DNA from: Hypanus sabinus
Lineage: Eukaryota
Length of the DNA stretch: 64,000 bases
Direction of reading: 5' to 3'
Assembly: GCF_030144855.1 (NCBI RefSeq)
Contig: NC_082731.1
Span: forward strand, 10,664,001-10,728,000
Under the pieces are notes generated by a model that searched no databases, was not told the origin of the DNA, and saw only the letters and a list, made by a program, of their open reading frames with translations. The translations under genes and the position numbers were made by a program. This document shows positions 28,070 to 40,435 of the stretch, piece after piece. Numbering within the stretch: the stretch's first letter is position 1; each line of letters starts with the position of its first letter.

Positions 28070-29410
28070 ATATGTAGATCTCGTCTATTAATTCTAGAAT
28101 TTCACTGCATGAATTTTACGTTGGAATTATTTTAAAATACAACTTATTCTGTAATGACCAACTTCTTCACAATTCAGTTAAACATTTAGCTCTCACGTAG
28201 AATATAAAAACGTTCTGAAGTGGAGAATGGAAATTGCTGCTGAGATGTCTTACTCGAGATGGTTTTTAGAAATGAATTATGATTCTGCAATTACTCCTGC
28301 ATGAGCGCGAGAAACATTTTGGGAAGAGTCCGATGGAATACAGACTCTCTGATAGATTGTGGGTAAGAAGAACAAAAAGGAACAATTAATATATTCTAAA
28401 ATTCTAACCTGAGAGAAGGACTTAATTGGAACAATATGGTACTTTACAGGAAAACTAAATATTCCAGAAAATTACCTTCACGTATCAAACTCTGTTTTAA
28501 AAAGTAATTACAGATGTAAAAATAAAACCAACTAACGGAGGATCACGTTAAAACTCATCGACTAATAATTCCTAAGGATTACTGTTCTGTGTTTTTGTAT
28601 ATTAAGAGAGGCAGCCTTTTAAACATAGGCTTTGTTTCAGAGTGCAAAATTGCAATGCTGTACCGAAAGTGTCATCGAATGTTTTCACAATAGAACCAAT
28701 TTCCAAACTGTTCCGTGAGAATTTCCCCTTACCTTTCTTATTATTTCTTATTATAGTAATTCTTCTTCTTATTATTATTATTATTTTCTTATTATAAAGG
28801 ACATAATTTTCTGTCATTAACTTAGCATTTGTTTTATAAAAGTCAATCCAACAGCAATTGCCAATGCGGAATAAAATGTTCGGTACAGCCAAGAAGGGCC
28901 AAAAGGCCTGTTTCTGTGCTGTAATGTTCTATGGTTCTATGGTTGGGAGCAAGTGAACCAAAGTCTTTATAGATTTCCAGAGGCGATGTTGCATCCAGTA
29001 GTTCACCTGCAATGACAGAACACTACCTGTGAATCAGAGATTGCGGTAAAGAGACAACCAGACTGAATGGTCAAAAGTGTGTATTAACTCATCATTTCAT
29101 TTGTAAATCATTTGGTCCTTTCTCAGTTGAAGGCATTTTTGTTGTGGTACGCACAATAGTCGAACCATTACATACACATGCAATAGCGATAATACAGGGA
29201 TATGAATTATCAATTGGCTCATAGTCTTTGTACGTTCCCAATCAGCATCTGATCGTTATATCTCAGATATAAAGGAGCTGGTGTATTTATCACTTCATCT
29301 GAATGTCGTGTCATTTGATGTAATGTGAAACTGGAGTTGTACTGTCTTTTCATATCATTTCCATTCAATCATATTCATGTAATACTTAACTTAGAATGAG
29401 TTTATCAAAT

Positions 29411-29504
29411 AAAAACACAAAATGCTGGCAGAACTCAGCAGGCCAGACAGCATCTATGGGAGGAAGTAGTGACGACGTTTCGGGCCGAAACCCTTCATCA
29501 GGAG
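29411..29504 (-). repeat. Penelope-like short repeat copy
   Basis: Reverse complement of the 19077 repeat family. Confidence 0.6.
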
Positions 29505-29599
29505 TTTATCACTTTCCTTACACATTCTGAACAGTAGGGAACCAATGTGTCATCATCAACCCTGATAGTCTCCACTGCACCAGAATTACAGACATCAAG

Positions 29600-31750
29600 A
29601 CGGATGTTAGATCAGTCAGTCTGGTATTGTCCCTGACAATGTCTTGAGTTCTTATGAGGGTCAACTGGTCGGTATACGTTCAAACTTTTTTGACCTCTCC
29701 CTACTCCAGACTGTGGATCCCTCCTGCTTTAAGAAGATGCTATCATCCCAGTAACCTCCCTCTGCAAATAACGCCCCCCCCCAAAAAAAAATGTATCAAG
29801 AGATTGGACATTATCAGCTCTTGCTAACATCGTTTGCATCCCAGTAAACCCACTCTGCAAACAACCCCCCCCCTCAAAGTATCAAGACAATGGACCTTAA
29901 CAGATGTTGCCCATATCGTCTGACATCTGCCACCATGATGTGCTTCGAATGGTTGGTCAAGGCACACAATGTCTCCGAATTTTCCAGTCAACCTTGACTC
30001 ATTGTAATTTGCCGAATACTGAAACAGGTCTACAGCAAACGCCATCTCGCTGGGCTCATCCCTGGAGTATCTGTACAATACACATATCTACATCAGACTA
30101 TGTTTATTGTGTACAGTTTGCATTCAATGCTATTATTCCAAAGAAATTCAACTCCAAACTTTAGACCTTGGGAGTCAAAGTTTCCCTCTCAGTCTTCTGA
30201 GACTGGGTGCTTGGCAGCTTAACAAACAGACCACAGCTATAAGGATAAGCTGCAAGATCTCTGCCATGATTATTCTAAACACTGGTGGTCAACGAGGTTG
30301 TGTCCTCAGCAGCTTACTGCATTCGCTGTGACTGCATAACCAGATTCTATTCTAATACATCTACAACTTTGTAGATGATATCACCGAGGTGGGCCACATC
30401 ACAAGTAATGATTAGTCGGAGTTCAGAAATCTGAATCAAAATCAGAATTATCACTACCATCTGTCATGAAATTTGTTGTTTTGTGGCAACAGAATTGTAA
30501 AAGTCACACAAGAAACTAAAGGTTACGACAAAAGTGAGATAAATAAATAGTGCCATAAAGGCTTAGTAAGGTAGAGTTTATAATTTAATGGGCCATTCAG
30601 AAATCAGATGAAGGAATGGCCAAAGCTGTTCCCAAAACATAAATTGTGCATCTTTAGACTCGTGTTCCTTTACCGTGATGTTAGTAATGAGAAGAATTCA
30701 TGTCTCGACGATAAGGGTTGATGGATGGAGTCTTCTTGAGATACAGTCTTCAGTAGATGTTCTCGATGGCAGGAAAGCTCTTGCCCACGTTAGAGCTGAC
30801 TGCATCTACAAACAACTGTAGCCTCTTTCAATCTTGTGCATTGGAGCCTTCATAACAGCCGGTGACGCAACCAGTCCTAATTCTCTCCACAGAATATATA
30901 TAGAAATTTGCTCACGTCTTCGACAACATTCCAAATTTCCCGAAACCCCTGGCTTGCTTTCTTCGTGATTGCATTGATATGTTGAGCAGGGAATAGATCG
31001 CTGGTGATGTTGATGCCCAAGAACTTGAAGCTGCGATTTGAGATGTTGACGCCCTGGAAGGTGAAGGAGATAGAGATCTTGGTGGCATGGAATCACGACA
31101 ACAACATTTCCCTCAATAATAACAAACAAACAAGTGTTGTTTACTTCAGAAAGGCAAACGATGCACATCAACTGTTGAGAATTAAAGCGTTGAGAGCTTT
31201 AGGTTCCTAAGGGAGAACACAGATAGACAATAGCCCATCCTGGCCTAACTACGTAAACATCCGACCAAGAAAGTTCAGCAGCGCGTCTACTTCCTCAGGA
31301 TATACTAGAATTTAGCATATTCCCGTGCATCTCGGCAACTTTTATCGAAATTTAGTAAAAGCATACTGGCTGGATGTAATGTGGCTTTGTATGGCGATGC
31401 TCTATGCGTGAACTCAAGAAACTACAGAGAGTTCTGGACAGCGCAGCCCATCACATGAATCACCCTCCCCTCTATGGACACGTGTACATACGTCTCACTG
31501 CCTCAGTAAAGCAACCAGCATAATCAAAGAACCCATTCTCTCCAGTCATGGTTTCATCTCCGTTCTTCCAGTGGGCAGGAGATACCAGGTTCAAGAAGAA
31601 CTTATATATTATTGTTATCAGATGACTGAATGGTTCACTGGTATAATATGGTGGACTTTTGATTTCATAATCTACCTTTTTGTGACTTTGCACCTTATTT
31701 AGTATAGACGCTAGACTTTCTATGTCCTGCAACACATTATTCTTCACACC
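29600..31750. mobile_element. Cluster of Rex1/Babar-type LINE fragments in both orientations
   Basis: LNTGGQRGCVLSSLLHSL (+, about 30280); minus fragments 30800-31170; plus 3' fragment 31200-31750. Boundaries approximate. Confidence 0.6.
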
Positions 31751-31994
31751 TTTATTTCTTTTATTCTCAGACGTTTGAAAATTGGGTAACCTGGCAACAG
31801 GGTATAGATTTTTTTTCAGTTAAAAGAAAAGGAGATGCCAAAGAGGAGCTGGTACTTCACTTTCATAAATTTTGGATTGATAAACTTGGAACTAGTGAGG
31901 GTGGGGATGGAGTTGTTGGGGTCACCGTATCAGCCAGGAGTACCGGATATGTCAAGAGCAGGTTTCAGTGACGAATCTGAACTTATCTTAAAGA

Positions 31995-34900
31995 AGGCAA
32001 TTGAGTATTAGAACATTGGACATATAACTTAGAAGAGTACCACAGGAATAGGTAATTTAACCCACAATGTTATGTCGAACCAGCTACAAAACAAATCAAA
32101 AACACCCGAACACTCATCCCTCCTATCTACACTATATCCATATTCCTCCATCATCCTTACATCATTGTGCCGTTCCAAACATCTTTGAAAAGCCTCTAAT
32201 GTGTTTGCTTCTACCACCACACCAGGCAGCGCAGTCCAGGCACCCACGACTCTTTGAGTAAACAACTTACCTCTCACATTCCCCTTCAACCTTGCCCCTC
32301 TCACCTTCAATGCATGCCCTCGGGTATTAGAAATTTCAACCCTGGGGAACAGACACTCTGTATACTCCATCTATGCCCCTCATAATCTTGTAAACCTCTC
32401 TCAGGTATCCCCTCTAGTTCTGACCTTTCAGAGAAACCGGCCAAGTATATCTTGCCTCTCGTCATAGCTCTAATCCAGGCAGTATCCTGATAAACCTCTT
32501 CTGCACCCTCTCCAAAGCCTCAACATCCTTTCTATAGTGGGTGACCAGAAATACACACAGTACTTCAAGTGTGGCCTAACCAGAGTTTTATAGAGTTGCA
32601 ACATAACCTCCTGACTTTTGAAATCAATGCGATGACTAATTTGAGTAAGCATTCTATATGTCTTATCAACTGTGGATCCAATTTCAAGTAGATATGAGCT
32701 TGGATCCTAAGATTGCTCTGCTTAGCGACATTGTTGAGGACCTTACATTTGCCCTACCGAGGTGAAACACTTCACAGTTATCTGGGTTAAACTACATCTG
32801 CCATTTCATAGCCCATGTCTGCAACTAATCCATATCATGCTGTTTTCTGCCAATCTTCTACACTATCCACAACTCCACCAATCTTGTTATCATCTACAAA
32901 TTTACTAATGCACCCATCTACATTTTCAACTAGGTCATTTATATATATTACAAACAGCTGAGGTTCCAGCACAGATCCCTGCGGAAAATCCACTATTACA
33001 GACCTCCAGCTCGAATAAGCTCCTTTGACTACTCCCCTCTCTCTTCTATGTGTAAGTCAGCGCTGAATCCAAACAGCCAATTCACTGCGCAAACCATGCA
33101 TCTAATCTTCTGGATTACCCTCCATGAGGGACTCTGTCAAACGCCTTACTAAAAACTAATTAAACAACAACCACTGTCCTACCAACAGAAATCTCTCTCA
33201 TCATCTTGTCAAAAAAACCCAATCAAGATGATAAGGCACGATCTGCCACAAGCAAAGCCATACTGGGTTAGACTGTGGGTTAACCGAAACTCATGTATCC
33301 TATCCCTAAGAATTTTCTCCAGCAATTATCCTACAACTGTCTTGGGAACCACCAATCTATAGTTCCAAGGATTTTTCCTTGTTCCATTCTTAAAAAGAGC
33401 TAAAACATTATCCACTCATTAGTCCTCTGGGACATTGCGTGTGGCTAGAGAGGACATCAAGGCACTTGTTAAGGGCCCAGTAATCTGGACCCTGGTCTCC
33501 TTCAAAAGCCTGGGGTAAATCCCATCAATCTCTGAGGATTTATCCACCTTAATAGTCATTAGAAGGCTCAACATTTCGTCTCCCTTGAACTCGAAATGCC
33601 CTAAAGTGTTTATACACGCAGTCCTGACCTCCTGGTCATCCATATCTTTTTCTTTAGTAAATACTGAAGCAAAGTACTCGTTAAGAACCGCACTCCAATT
33701 TCCCCCAGCCCACTTGATCCATGACTGGTTCCAACCTCTCCCTAGTTATCCTTTTACTGTTGATGTATGTATGGAATACCTTGAATTTATCTTAATCTTG
33801 CCTGTCAAGGACATTTCATGGTTCCTCGGCTTCCTTATTCTCCTCATGTGTTTTTTTGACCCCGACTTTCAAAGCTTTAAATACTTTTTTCTTTTCTTCT
33901 TGACTTCGTTCATCATCTCTATGGACATGGTGTTCTTAACTTTGCATTCATGTCCTTCCTTCTGATGGGAAAAAAAAAACCTTTCCTATACACTGTGCAA
34001 TTGATCTATAAATCCTCCTCCACATGTCTGATCTGGACTTGCGAGAGAAAAGGTTTTCCCAATTAAAGCTTTTTAGTTACTGCCCAGTGCTCTCGTCATT
34101 TGGCCTACTCCATTTTAAAACTTTCCCAGAAGGACCACACCTATCCCACAGCTACCTTGAAAGCTAAGGAGTTGTGACTACTGTTATCTAACTGTTCAAC
34201 GACTGAAAGGTCAGTAACCTGGCCAGACTTATTCCCAACACGAGTTCCGGTATTGCTGTTCCACTCGTTCAATCGCCTCCATATTGATTTGGGAAACCTT
34301 TCTGGATACTTTTAACAAATTCAACCCCATCTAAATCCCTTAAAATAAGAAGGTCAAAGTTTATACTAGGGAGATTGAAATTTCCCATGACAGCAACCCT
34401 ATTATTTTTACACATTTCCTTAATCTGGTTGCATATCTCTTCCTCAACTTCCCGGTGCCTATTCAGGGATCTGTAGTACATTCCCATCAGTGTGATTGCA
34501 CCCTTCCTATTCCTGAATTCCACCTAAATGGATTCAGTATCTGACTCTTCCGAGTGCAGCTGTGATATTAATAGTGCAACTCCACTCACTCGTTTACCTC
34601 CTCCTCTATATTTTCTAAAACTTCAAAAACCTTGTACATTAATCATACAATCCTGCTCCCTTCTCAGCCAAATTTCAGTAATGGCTTCAGCATCGTAGTT
34701 CCACGTACTGATCCATGCTCTAAGAACTATCTGACCCAGCATACTATGTGTTTCGATTTTGCCTTTCAATAATTTCCCTGACATTTACCTTCTGGTTCGA
34801 TCCTTCCATTACTGACCTGCGTATCCGTTTCCCAGCCCCTGCAAAACTAGATTCAGCTCTCCCAAGCAGCAGCAACAAATTTTTGCGGCCAGGATATTGG

Positions 34901-35470
34901 TTTCCTTCCAGTTCAGGTGCAATTAGACCGTCTTGTACAGGTCACCTCTATCTCAGAAAAGATTTCAATGATCCAAGAATTGGTCCGTTGCACCATCTCT
35001 GCAGTCACTCACTCAACCATGCTGTCATCCTATTTCTATGTAATTGTTGTCAATATGCCTCAACAGCTCTGGCTGTTCCCTCTTCTGCTTGACAATATCT
35101 TGCAGCTGCAAGATGCATCATGGAGCCCAGCAACCGAGAGGAAACACATCATCCTACTGCCTTGATTTGTGGCTACATAATCTCTTTTCTCTCTCCCTAC
35201 CTATCGAGTCCCCTATTACAACTGCAGTGCCTGACTTTATCCTTCCCTGTGAAGCCTTAGAGCCGGCCACAGTGCCAACAATCTGTCTGCTATTGCAGTG
35301 ATCTGATATGTCATCCACCCTAGCAGAATACAAAGGAGCATACTTGTCGCTCAGGAAAATGGCACTGAGTTCTTAATCCCTTACCTCCCCTGGTGGCCAC
35401 AAGAAGGCAATACACTGGGTGTGGCCACCTCTTCGAAAGCATCGTCTATAATACCAGAATGTTCCTAATT
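31995..35470 (-). mobile_element. CR1 LINE, near full length, degraded
   Basis: Minus-strand fragments run from ORF1 (about 35400) through the endonuclease (34269-34523, VMGNFNLP) and RT (LYKTLVRPHLKYCVYFWSP) to the 3' end (32029-32370). Confidence 0.82.
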
Positions 35471-36105
35471 TCATCCAACTGCAGTTCCAATTGGTGAGGT
35501 ACCGTAATAAATACGGTTGATATTGACGTCAGTAAGTCCATTTTAGGAATGTAATCTAAAATGTTAGCGCCTATTTGATTCTGGGAATGGTGTTAAGATG
35601 AGAGTTTCTGCTGACCTCAGAAGGGATTTTCTCTGAGTTTTAGAAGGTGCTAATTGGTGTTCCATAGGGATTGGTACTGGAAACTTTGTGTTTTCAATAA
35701 TGTGAATGGCGTGACTGTGCATTAGGAGTTAGTGTTAAATTACAAAGTCCAAGTTTCAAATTAAATTTATTACATAAAAATCATATATCGGCATATACAA
35801 CTCTGAGCTTCGTTTCTTTCTGGGTATTCTCAGTAAATCCAAGAAACACATCTACAGAAGTTTGTTAAAGTTTTAGATGAGATGGCGAATCTTCTCAATT
35901 TCTAACAAAAAGTGGAGGCACCTCAGACTGCCGAAGTGCAAATTTAAAATTATCGGTGAACATCTCAGCCAGCTGATCAGCACATATTTTTAATACTCAG
36001 CCAGGTACCGCATCTGTCGTCTGTGTGAGTTTGTGAAGGTTCATCCACGTTTTGATGGTCAAAGCGAACATAGAAGGCACTGAACCCCTACAGGAACTAA
36101 GCTTT

Positions 36106-36627
36106 TGTCAGTAACACCAGTTGAACTTTGTCTTTTTGTGTGTTTTCCCCCTCGCCTTCACTCTGTGGGTTTGTATTGCCATGTGCTCTTGTTTGGTTTC
36201 ATGCCCCATGTGCTCCTGTCCCCGCTCCCGCTTTACTCCGGCTCCTGTATCACTGAGTACTCTGTAACTCATCTGTTTCTCATTATTACCTGTTTTACTG
36301 CCACTTCTGTCTCATTGTGCTCCACCTATCATCTGTCTCTCTGTCTATTGCTCAGTGTATACTAGTTCCGTGATTTCACCTGTTTGTTGCCAGATTGTGC
36401 CAGTGAATTTTCCTTAGCCTTTTTAGTATTCATATCTGTACTCTATCCATCTGAATATTGACACTGTCTGTTCCCCCGATTCTGGTTTTTGGATTTTTTT
36501 GGATCATTTGTTCTCTGCCTGAACTTTGACGCAACTTTGTTTGCAACTCGGGATTTGTTATTGAATTAATATCACTGTGTGCACAGTACTGTTTCTGCGA
36601 GTGGATCCCTGTTCCAGCGCCCTGACA
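36106..36627. mobile_element. Solo LTR (TGTCAG...CTGACA) nested in a LINE fragment
   Basis: Inverted termini; 5-bp near-TSD GCTTT/GCGTT. Confidence 0.7.
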
Positions 36628-37847
36628 GCGTTCTTATCACGCATGTCGCATGTTATCACCCAGTTCTCTTTGCAAGAGGAAATGGCATTAAATCCTTGCC
36701 ACAGCGGTCGAGCATTCTTCCGTGGTTCAAGTTTTGTCCGGAATTGCCACACTGTGCCGTGAGATGGCTTTCCGGAGATAGTATGTGAACCTTTTGTATC
36801 TTGCCCTCAGCAGATTGCGGATCTCACTGTTTATCCAGGGCTTCTGGTTGGGCATAGGTATCTTCAAAAAGCTTGGGAGTTTGTGTGTGGGGGGGGGGTG
36901 GGGGGGGGCTGTTGCCATTGGTTAATGTTTAAATTGTCTCCATCTTGGAGGCATATAAAATTAGAAACACACATTTAAGATAAAGGAAGTAAAAGGGTGA
37001 AAGGATTTCGAGAGATCAAGAGAGATTCTATCTCTAAGGAAATGTCGATTGCCTAGAATTCAGTGTCCTTAGTGAGCGGTGAAGCAGACTCGTTGACAGC
37101 ATTCAAAACGTATCTGGAGCAGCACAGGAATGACCTCTTGGGCTTTAAGCCGATTGCTGGAAGGTGGGATGAATACGGACGTGTACTCACTGCTTAGCAT
37201 GGACATATAACATTGCTCCCACATTGTCTCCAAGCACGACCTTGAAAGAATAACGTTGAAAGAAGGACCCATGGGTTTTGTGCCTGATAGCGGCACTGTT
37301 GGAAAACAAATATCATGTTTATGTTCCTTCATCTGCCTTCTATAACCGCGAAAACACTACGTTTCTGCCGCGATTCATCCTTAAGCTCATCTGACCCAGT
37401 CCAGAATATTTATCACATCACTCATCCTATCCTTGAACCCAGTCAGACAGTTTTAAAATTCTCGTCTCTCTTCTCAAATTTCTTTCCGATCTTAACCTTC
37501 CTATCTCTATAAACTCTGACTCTTGTCAATCTCCAAACCACGTTCCCAAACCCAATAATCTGCCATTGATCATCCCCATACCTTGTCATTTTAGAATTAT
37601 CTTTTAAATGTGGAGGCCCTCGAATTCCTTCAGAGGAGGTTGCGGTTTCTTAACATGGCCGCTATCTTTAAAAAAAAAATACCCCGTTGCTCTAGTTTAT
37701 GTAAATATCTCCTGATAAGTTTCAGAATAAATTGATTGCGATTCTGAGTAACACACTGAACGGAGAACATGGACACAGACTGTGCAACCCTTGGCCCCAA
37801 CATTCCGCACGATCAACCCCATTGATCCCTTTATTTACTTACGTGGG

Positions 37848-38634
37848 CAGTAGATTCCGCTTATTAGGACACATCGGGACCAATACAGTTTGGCCCAACT
37901 GAGTGGCCAAACTGGGGAAAGATTCGTGGAAATATTTTAAAACATAAAAGAAAAGACAAACTATGGCTTAAGTAAGTAACACATTATTTGAATGGAATAC
38001 ATAACAAATTAGAGCACTAATAATACTACTACAGTACTATAAAACTTTATTTCCTAATGAATATAATGTTAGGAGTTCATCAAAGTGTATGCTGCCCTGT
38101 TCTTTTGATTTACTGTGAACATATCAGCGCAGGCACCTTCTGTAGAGAATGGACTAACTTAATACAAAAACAATCGACGATTGAATGCTCGAAGCATTCA
38201 AGATAATTGTCGAAACTTTCAAATTCTTCGTATTTTTGAATTGTTAAATTAGCCAAATCGTTTCATTTTCATTCCCGGCAGTCTCCACGGCTGAGTTTGT
38301 GAAACCGCAGTGAGCAAAGCATTTCCAAATTGTTTTCCTGCTTACTTCTGACCAGCTAACAGTGACAAAAAGCACTGATTCATGGATAGAAACATAGAAC
38401 AGACGCTAATAAAAAATTGTTCGGTCTAAGCACAAAGTTCGCCACACAAGTGCACGCGACTGACGCTAGTTAGAAACTTCGGCAAGAATGTCGTGGCTCA
38501 ATTAACTTGCATAGTGTGCTAGGTAAATGAAGGGAATCCCGGCTGTTTTTTCGAATAGATCTTGTTCCTTCAGAATTGTCCCAAATAAGCTGCTGCCCCG
38601 ATTAACCAATGGCCCATTTAACCGTAATCCACCG
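37848..38634 (-). mobile_element. Tc1/mariner Tigger/pogo-type non-autonomous deletion derivative
   Basis: Imperfect TIRs CAGTAGATTCCGCTTA / TTAACCGTAATCCACCG followed by TA; internal minus frame SWSEVSRKTIWKCFAHCGF resembles a pogo transposase C-terminus. Confidence 0.72.
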
Positions 38635-39641
38635 TATGTGCCTATCTAAGAGTCTCTAAATGTTCCTGTTTTATAAATGTTCCTCTTGACCACCACCGTA
38701 GGCAGAACTTTTAGGGCACCCATCATTCTCAAGTAAACATCAAAACAATCTGTGACATTTCTCCGAAACTCTACTCCACTCTGCTTCAATATGTCCTCTG
38801 GTACTGGCCATTGCCTTGTTGAGAATTAGGGCTCTCTATGCTTCTCGTAACCGGAAACGCCTCTCATCCACCTTCGCTCCAAAGAGGAAAGCCCTATATC
38901 ACACAATCTCTCTTCATAACGCATACTCTGCAATCCAGGCTGGATTCTGTTGAATTTCTTCTGCACCCTCTCTAAAGCTTCCACATCCTTCCTATACTGA
39001 AGAAAGCAGAACTAAATTTCCTTTACTATAGAAAAGATGTTGAAGCTTTAAATGTGGTGTAACTAGAATTCTATAGAGATGCAACATCACGCCACAGTTC
39101 CTGAACAAAATCCACAGTTCAATGACCACCTGCCATTTTTCCACTCAGCTCTGCACTCAGCCTGTATCTCGTTGTTTCCTACGACAACCTTTTACACGAA
39201 TCACAACACCGCCAATGTCTGTGTTATCTTCAAACTTACTAACGGACCCTTCCACTTCCTCACCCGTCTCCTTTGCAAACACACTGACTCATCCTTCCAC
39301 CTCCTCACCCATTTCCTTTGCAAATGTACTAATGCACTTTTCTGCTTCTTCATCTAAGTCATTAAAACAAAACACAAAAAGTAGGCGTCACAGAACAATC
39401 CCTGCAGAAATCCACTCTTCACCATCCTCCAGGAAGACTACCCTCCAAGGCTATATTTGCCTTGCTACGCGTCTTTCTTCTTTAATAAACAACTGAGTTT
39501 TTCTTCTTTAATTTCCAAAGCACATCACATCAGTCTGCACTATCTTTCTCTGAAAGGATGCCCCAACGGGTCACCCGGTTGACTAGTTATTTACATTATT
39601 TAGTTCCGAAGAACCGCTCGTTCACTTTAATTTGTATATGG

Positions 39642-40435
39642 TGTTATGAATGTACCACAGCTCTGAGGGGCCGAAGGGTGCGAGGTAGCCCCCTCCTTTG
39701 TGAGAATCGTAAGATCACTGTTGGGTTGGGTCAAGGGTCCCAGGAAATGAGAGAGAGACGTGCAGAATGTCTCATTTCCCCGGCGATGTAAAGCTACGGG
39801 ACATGGCCATTGTCTCCGGAAGGTGAAGTTGTGGATTGGAGACTGTACTACGTGAACGCCCTCAGGCAAAGTGGGCTGGTTGAGGGAGAGATTGTATCAC
39901 TCCCATCTACGACCCTGCAAGTCAGGATAAAAGATGGTCGGTAGGAATAGCCCCTCAGACGCACCACAAGGAACGTTAAGCGACCACGTAACAGTAGGAA
40001 GTCATCTGAAGGAGGCCACGTGCGTTCAGTTCCGTTGCTGGAACTGGTGGCTGGAACCTCGGAAAACGGCTTTTGGCTAACAACGGGGAAACCCACTCCC
40101 CTGACTCAACGGATTGGCATCATAAAAGACCTGGGCAAGTTTAAACCGCCTCGCTCTTAAACCTAAAAACGCTGCAGCTTGAACGAACTAACAGTGACTG
40201 TTATATTTCCATCGGACAATACATTATCCCCTAGACAACGATAGAGCTATTTCTTATTGGTTATTATTATACCCGCGCTTTAGATTTAGTATTGACGACG
40301 TATATTATCTGTATGTTTGCATTAATCATTTTTGTGCCCCTTAATCAATAAATACTTTAAAAAATAGTACCATCAGACTTCAACGGACCTCTCTATCTTT
40401 GCTGGTAAGTGACCCAGTTACGGGGTTTCGTAACA
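39642..40435 (+). mobile_element. Solo LTR (Gypsy-like)
   Basis: TGTTATGAA...TTCGTAACA termini, AATAAA near the 3' end, 4-bp near-TSD ATGG/ATAG. Confidence 0.75.
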
